The notes under the pieces: generated by a model
Databases searched by the model: none
The model's input: the letters and a program-made list of their open reading frames with translations, nothing else
What the model was told of the DNA's origin: nothing
In this document: one piece after another, positions 59,030-64,000 of the stretch
Layout: each line of letters starts with the position of its first letter
Numbering within the stretch: position 1 is the first letter of the stretch
Source of the DNA: Ignavibacteriota bacterium
GTDB lineage: Bacteria; Bacteroidota; Ignavibacteria; UBA10030; UBA6906
Length of the DNA: 64,000 nucleotides
Assembly (NCBI GenBank): GCA_963811705.1
Contig: CAWESL010000005.1
Location: 175,278-239,277 of the forward strand
Direction of reading: 5' to 3'
Translations under genes and position numbers: made by a program

Positions 59030-61696
59030 TCATTCCTTAACTCGCCTTCCGACATCATATTTGGCGTATTTGTTCCGGTAAGTTACCAGTCCACCCTCTA
59101 GGTAGTTAATGACTTCGATGCCAACAGGATCGTGGTCCATTGAACCTTCAAGAGTTACTCTACCTCTGTCTGCATCAGCCTCAAGAACGACGAAACTATC
59201 ACTGTCAGAGGCTACCGCCAAGCTCGAATTATGAGTGGTGAAGATAAACTGACGCCTTTCCTTGCCCTTGCGCAATTTCATACAGACGTCTGTCCAAATG
59301 GATCTGATGTCAAGAGAATCTTCTGGCTGGTCGATCACAATGGGCATGCTTCCATCACTTAGAGCCATGATGAGCATTGCTGTGCATTTCTGACCGACAG
59401 ATAACCTGGCCAAAGGTGCGTGGGAGCCATCCGATAGACAATACTGTATCTGAGGCCTGTCCTGTGGCACCGCCTTGTACTGCAGTTCCAGCAAGTCCTC
59501 TATTTCGACAACATCAAGAAGGTAGTTGGCCAATGTCACGACGGCACCCAATTCCAGGGACACTTTGCTTGCCAGATCTTTCAATCTTTCAGGCTGCCTT
59601 CGGGCTGCGTAGGTGATAATCTTGCCAATGAACTCCCTTGGAGTTACGGATTGACAGATTCTCTCGATATCGGTATCTCGTAGGTACGATCCCCTCTTCA
59701 GCTCACCTAGTCTTTGCTTGAACACGTCCACATTTGAAGCTTCCAGCAGCGTAATCTTTAGCTTCCCAGAAGATTCTTCCTCAAACATCCGGCATTTAGC
59801 TCTTCGATCGGCGCTGAAGGCGCCGTATATCTTGGCCAGCCGATCTAGTCGCTCGTTCCTCTCATCGCTGATTTGTTTCGCTTTGTCCACAAGCTCCTTC
59901 GCCTTGTCCAAGCGACTCTGCGTATCTGCTAGTTCCTTCACAAGCTTTGATCGCTTCGCGGCAACAGCCTGATAGGTGCCTCCCATTTGCCTTACAGTCG
60001 CTTCATAGTCTGCCTTGGCGGCTTTGTATGTAGAGAGCAGCGCGTGTTCCTCTGAGGAAAGACTACCGAGTATTTCATGCAGTCTGTCGCCCAACTCCCT
60101 GAGTTTGAGTTCCACCGCCGCTCTGGTTTCTGAAATCAGTTTTGCAGCCCTCCTCAGGCTTGGGTCATCCGCCACCGAAGCCGGGAAGGCTGGAGTGGGA
60201 ACATCTAGAAAGTACTTCACAGCGGGACCTACTCTTGACGACAACCCCTTGACATAGGCGAGCGACGATTGAAGAGCTTGCTGTTTACCCTCTGCCTTGG
60301 CAAATTTCTCAAACACCGGATTCTTCAGTGACTCGTCGATGCCGATTACTTCAGCGTTGATTGTGTCTATTCGCTTCTTGAGCCCCTCGGTCTCGATGAA
60401 GGCTCGTAGGGCGGCCGCGAGCTGTTTGTCAAGACCCTTCAATTCCCTCTCGAACTGGTCAATGGCTTCAGTATGGGCTTTGAAGTCAAAGAACCTGTCA
60501 ATGAAAGCGAGCTGTTCGTTTTCGTCTTCGGCAATTCTAATGATTTCATTCTGACTGAGAAAGAGTACGGGGAACACTCGCGTAACATCTACAGAAGCAT
60601 CCTCTTGCGGGTTGTTTTCTTCCGGATCATAATGGCGTTTGACTGCTATTCGTCTTCCTGTTTCCAGTACCAAGGTTACCTCGACTGTTCCATATGTCTT
60701 CAGGCACTGTTCTAACTTGCTTCGATGATCGTCCGCTACACCCTCATTGGCTGAGCACTGATCAAGGACAAACCTGAGTAGTTCCACAAGGAGCGACTTG
60801 CCTGATCCCTTTGCACCGATTACACTTGTTAGACCCTCGTGAAATGTGATCGTGCAGCCATCGAGAAAACCACCGAGGATAGAAATGGTTTCTATCCTCG
60901 GAAACACAATCGGCTCGGCAAGTTCGATTCTAATTCGGACGTCTGGATCATCAAAACAGTTCCTCAGACTTTGGAGATCAACTCGCTCCATCTTGAAGTA
61001 CGTTACTCTTATGCCGATGCCCTCGACACTATGGCCACTCTTACCTGCCAGGGCCGGATTGTCCGAAGATTGAATCACAGCAAGTTTCCGCTTATACTCT
61101 GGATCTGTCCCGTCCAGGAAGTCAATTGCCCTTCGTCTGTTGCTCCTCTTCTCCGGATCTAGATTGTCGGTTGCCTCCACAGCATGCAATGATGAATGCT
61201 GAATGACCAGCGTCCTTGAGCGACCCTTCATTTCTGTAAACAACCCGTGACTCGAATTCACGTGAGCCGGTATAGCCAGAGCATCACAATCAGCAATTTG
61301 TGCAATGACTTCAGAAGGAGACCTCTGAACGACAGTGGTTTCCCTGCCATGATCTTCCGGAGATAGACCCAACTTACTTAGAAGGTCTCTGACATGTTCT
61401 CCTCGTTTGGATGGATCAAAAACTGCCAGTATGTGGACCCCGGATCCTGCTTGGGTTGTGATCTCTACACCAGGGAAGACCGCAAGTGGTTTTCCCTCCG
61501 CGGCTGCCTTGATCTTATCAACCCACTCGCCACTGTTATGGTCCGTGATCGCTATGCCTGCAAGGCCTTTACTGATGGCTTGGGCCACGATATCGGCAGC
61601 AATCGCCTCAGCTTTAGCATCAGTGGGATGAATAAAATCTGAAGAAGCGGGAGTGTGAACATGCAGGTCGAGAGAAACATACTTTAATCCTGGCAT
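59030..61696 (-). CDS. PHP-domain phosphoesterase fused to Rad50/SbcC/RecF-like ABC ATPase with long coiled-coil
   Basis: N-terminus LDLHVHTPASSDF…ITDHN…GVEIT…AIPAHV (PHP His/Asp motifs); Walker A GAKGSGKS (~aa 310); ~400 aa coiled-coil-like; C-terminal signature LSVGQK, Walker B IVIDQPEDSLD, H-loop FTTHN. Confidence 0.75.
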   Translation of the reverse strand: MPGLKYVSLDLHVHTPASSDFIHPTDAKAEAIAADIVAQAISKGLAGIAITDHNSGEWVDKIKAAAEGKPLAVFPGVEITTQAGSGVHILAVFDPSKRGEHVRDLLSKLGLSPEDHGRETTVVQRSPSEVIAQIADCDALAIPAHVNSSHGLFTEMKGRSRTLVIQHSSLHAVEATDNLDPEKRSNRRRAIDFLDGTDPEYKRKLAVIQSSDNPALAGKSGHSVEGIGIRVTYFKMERVDLQSLRNCFDDPDVRIRIELAEPIVFPRIETISILGGFLDGCTITFHEGLTSVIGAKGSGKSLLVELLRFVLDQCSANEGVADDHRSKLEQCLKTYGTVEVTLVLETGRRIAVKRHYDPEENNPQEDASVDVTRVFPVLFLSQNEIIRIAEDENEQLAFIDRFFDFKAHTEAIDQFERELKGLDKQLAAALRAFIETEGLKKRIDTINAEVIGIDESLKNPVFEKFAKAEGKQQALQSSLAYVKGLSSRVGPAVKYFLDVPTPAFPASVADDPSLRRAAKLISETRAAVELKLRELGDRLHEILGSLSSEEHALLSTYKAAKADYEATVRQMGGTYQAVAAKRSKLVKELADTQSRLDKAKELVDKAKQISDERNERLDRLAKIYGAFSADRRAKCRMFEEESSGKLKITLLEASNVDVFKQRLGELKRGSYLRDTDIERICQSVTPREFIGKIITYAARRQPERLKDLASKVSLELGAVVTLANYLLDVVEIEDLLELQYKAVPQDRPQIQYCLSDGSHAPLARLSVGQKCTAMLIMALSDGSMPIVIDQPEDSLDIRSIWTDVCMKLRKGKERRQFIFTTHNSSLAVASDSDSFVVLEADADRGRVTLEGSMDHDPVGIEVINYLEGGLVTYRNKYAKYDVGRRVKE

Positions 61697-62047
61697 TATC
61701 GACCCCTCCAGATGCGAATAGGCTTTTCGTGGTACCTCTTTTCCCCCTTGATTGCATGCTGCTGAAAATCTGCGAGCCAGTTTTGGTGATTTCAGGTAGA
61801 ACAGGGCAAACGATATTCCTTCCGGAGGAGTGTGCAGCCCCTCTAGGAGACCTGTAGCCAGATCCTCGAGTTCTCACACCGGTTCGCGAGATCCTTCTCA
61901 GAGCACTATTCTAAGAGTCCTTCGAACGAGACGGGCAGGGACCAATGGATTCCGCAAAGCCTCCAATGGTATCGCTTCCCCTATCCTCGGATGTGCCAAC
62001 TGATTCGCCGGTCCTTTGGCAGGCCAAATAGTGGCAAAGGCCGGCAG

Positions 62048-62560
62048 TCACGACTCCTCCTTGATTGTGCCGTTTTCCTCGACCCTCAGGGTAATCCACT
62101 CGAACCGTTCCCTCTCAACCGCTCTTTCAATAGATCGTTGGAGATCCCTGTGTTGCCCTGAAGATGATTCTCGGTCGAGCAACACGATACGTTTGACCTG
62201 ATCGGCATTCTTCATTCCATCGAAAACGACAAAATCAATAGGATGAAAGAGAACCTTTGCGTCATCTGGATTCAGTCTGCGAGGAGTGAATACAGGATCG
62301 ATCTTCTTGACAACTCTCCCCGCGGCAATGCGCCCTCTTTGCCGGGCTAGCTCCTGTAATTCCTGTTTACGCTCTTCAAGCTTATCTGCCAACGATTCAA
62401 GCCGGTCCGCCTCCGCATCAAGGGTATCCATCCAATCCGTTCTTGGCTTTGTCCTCAAGAAGACTCTGCAATCGCTTAAGCGGATAAACTCCCGGCACCT
62501 AGGACAAATGCCGAAAATCTGTCTCTGGACGTTGAAGAACTTCAATATCTCTTCTTTCAT
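62048..62560 (-). CDS. Small protein: N-terminal CPxC zinc-ribbon-like motif, coiled coil, C-terminal PD-(D/E)xK-like domain
   Basis: 171 aa from MKEEILKF; GICPRCREFIRLSDC; coiled-coil DAEADRLESLADKLEERKQELQELARQR; C-terminal FHPIDFVVFDG…KRIVLLDRE; ATG overlaps upstream stop (ATGA). Confidence 0.55.
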   Translation of the reverse strand: MKEEILKFFNVQRQIFGICPRCREFIRLSDCRVFLRTKPRTDWMDTLDAEADRLESLADKLEERKQELQELARQRGRIAAGRVVKKIDPVFTPRRLNPDDAKVLFHPIDFVVFDGMKNADQVKRIVLLDRESSSGQHRDLQRSIERAVERERFEWITLRVEENGTIKEES

Positions 62561-63065
62561 TTCTTCACCTCCTGCTTGTACACATCCCAAAGGAGGCGTT
62601 TCTTCGCTATAACCGATCGTATTTCCTTTTGGTGGTTGTTCAAGCGTGCATTGCCTGTCTTGATGTCCGTAAATAGAATGCGCTCAACCTTCCCTTTGGC
62701 GCTAAGACCCTCGAAAATGATATAGTCAATCGGGTCGAATAACGAACGGCAGTCATTGGAGTTGAAGCGGAACGATTTCATGGCTGGAGCTAGCCGCTCA
62801 GTATGAATCCAATGTTGATTGATTTGGCTCCCACCTCAGACCGCTTGCTGATGTTCCTTCTCTCTTCCCGCAGTTCCTTTACCTGCTCGCGGAGTTGGGC
62901 AACGCGCTCTTCATAGAGTTTCTCTGCTTCTGGAGTGAAGCTGTCAAGATGAAACAGATGAGCATCCCGAAGACGAATCGTTTCCTGGCAACTTGGACAT
63001 ACCACATAGAATCGCTCATGGGTGAGCGTATGGATGATCTGCTTGGCAATTCCCGAAAGATCCAT
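62557..63065 (-). pseudogene. Tandem paralog of 62048-62560, split into 91-aa N-terminal and 74-aa C-terminal ORFs by a ~26-nt insertion/frameshift
   Basis: 62790..63065 (VVCPSCQETIRLRDAHLF…coiled coil…AKSINIGF) aligns to the N-half and 62557..62781 (FDPIDYIIFEG…ILFTDIKTG) to the C-half of the intact paralog; different frames, 8 nt apart. Confidence 0.5.
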
Positions 63066-63276
63066 CTATCGTGACTCCGAGGTCTCGTTAACTGCCCCCG
63101 CAACAAGGCTACACCAAGTGCATCATCTATGATCGGGAGGAAGAGAATCTGAATTTGGTACCAACAGTGGCCTTTGATCTGCCGGCACTCGTTTGTACTT
63201 CTTACCTTCGATAACACATGACAATGTGATTAGAACATAGTTCGCACCGATCCAGGATGCATCAACCATGTTGTCC

Positions 63277-63746
63277 TCATCGACGTGCGACGCTTAGTCG
63301 CATAGCTTCATTGAGCAGCGCTTCCATGTTGTTGCGAATTTCCGCCAGATCATCGTTTTGCCTGTTTGCTAGATTTACAACGATCTGCGCCGATCGCGGG
63401 GTCAGAAGTCGTTGCGTAAGTATCCCGAGGCCATATAGGGGACTCCATGATGACACCATTGCGGCCTTTACTTCACCTCCGAAGGAATTCGGTTTGAGTC
63501 CAAAAATGCGCAATGGAATTTGATCGGTATTCGATAAGGAAAGGCACCAGCCTCCCCGATTCTGTCTCCGGAAACATCATATTCACCGACCAACTCAGCA
63601 AGGGCCGCGATCGCCTTTTCTACGGTCAACGCGAGTGAATCTCCGCTCAGCCAACTGCTGACCCTCCTCGTATTACTCCCCCACAGTCCAAATCTGACGC
63701 ATGTTAGGAAATCAATCTCATTACTCTTTACCACCTTTAGCCGCAT
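63277..63746 (-). CDS. Two overlapping hypothetical ORFs (92 aa and 78 aa), possibly one frameshifted gene
   Basis: ORF 63468..63746 and 63277..63513 overlap by 46 nt in different frames; no family recognised. Confidence 0.25.
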
Positions 63747-64000
63747 CTTGAATCCACTCTTTCGATGTGTTCGGATGCCTACCGTAATCCAATGACGGCA
63801 ATCTCACCTGCAGTCATCCCAAGTATTCATCAGACAATGTGTCGGTCTGACACCCTAGAGGTAGAGCATCCGCAAGATGTCCACCAGTCTTGGTAGACAC
63901 GACGGTACCCACAAGGTCGGGCAAACGAAAGAGGACCTCCTCCCCCGTTAGATACTCTCAAGCCTATCCCGGGGATTTACGGGCTGCAAACTGGATCTAG

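Larger units (their letters stand above)
58446..64000. mobile_element. Putative horizontally acquired island (lower GC), extends beyond window end
   Basis: Sampled 60-nt lines give ~40-52% GC vs ~57-62% elsewhere; starts at a tRNA 3-prime fragment; unusual gene content; no integrase seen within window. Confidence 0.45.

Noticed and set aside
1-64000. CRISPR arrays, rRNA genes, IS elements or transposases
   Set aside because: No regularly spaced direct repeats, rRNA-like conserved stretches or transposase or integrase-like ORFs were seen. The only repeat arrays are the LacI operator repeats and the 58.2-kb palindrome cluster.

Overview
This is a high-GC bacterial chromosomal segment, roughly 58-62% GC judged by eye on sampled lines. 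Most CDS sit on the minus strand. T9SS-type C-terminal sorting domains on three secreted proteins and a SusC-like TonB-dependent receptor point to the FCB superphylum, but clear Shine-Dalgarno sites are used (for example AAGGAGGAGG before 2567 and AGGAGG before 13200), so it is not a classical Bacteroidia genome. Content in order: (i) partial mutS2 and housekeeping or stress genes (GatB/YqeY, SDR, peroxiredoxin-like, M28+PDZ peptidase, flavin reductase); (ii) a minus-strand operon of crotonase, apt, tryptophanase, Yip1-like, zincin-like and hemerythrin-like genes; (iii) glnA with its terminator and an upstream Lrp/AsnC gene; (iv) M1 aminopeptidase; (v) a Crp/Fnr regulator followed by the di-iron repair protein RIC; (vi) a galactan/galactose utilisation locus (GH2, galT, galK, LacI, GH53-T9SS, GH35::GH53 fusion, beta-helix-T9SS, SusC-like TBDR, second LacI) with recognisable LacI-type operators; (vii) an RRM protein; (viii) gltD-gltB GOGAT, an APC permease and an NtrB/NtrC-like PAS kinase plus sigma-54 activator; (ix) a secreted alpha/beta hydrolase, GH38 alpha-mannosidase, YidB, a degraded fucP, a four-helix-bundle gene, a palindromic hairpin cluster and a tRNA 3-prime fragment; (x) from about 58.45 kb to the window end, a lower-GC (about 50%) island carrying an 888-aa PHP-phosphoesterase::Rad50/SbcC-like ABC ATPase fusion and tandem paralogs of a small Zn-ribbon/coiled-coil/PD-(D/E)xK-like protein, one intact and one split. 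This island is the best candidate for an undescribed system, possibly defence-related. No CRISPR array, rRNA or intact tRNA was found.
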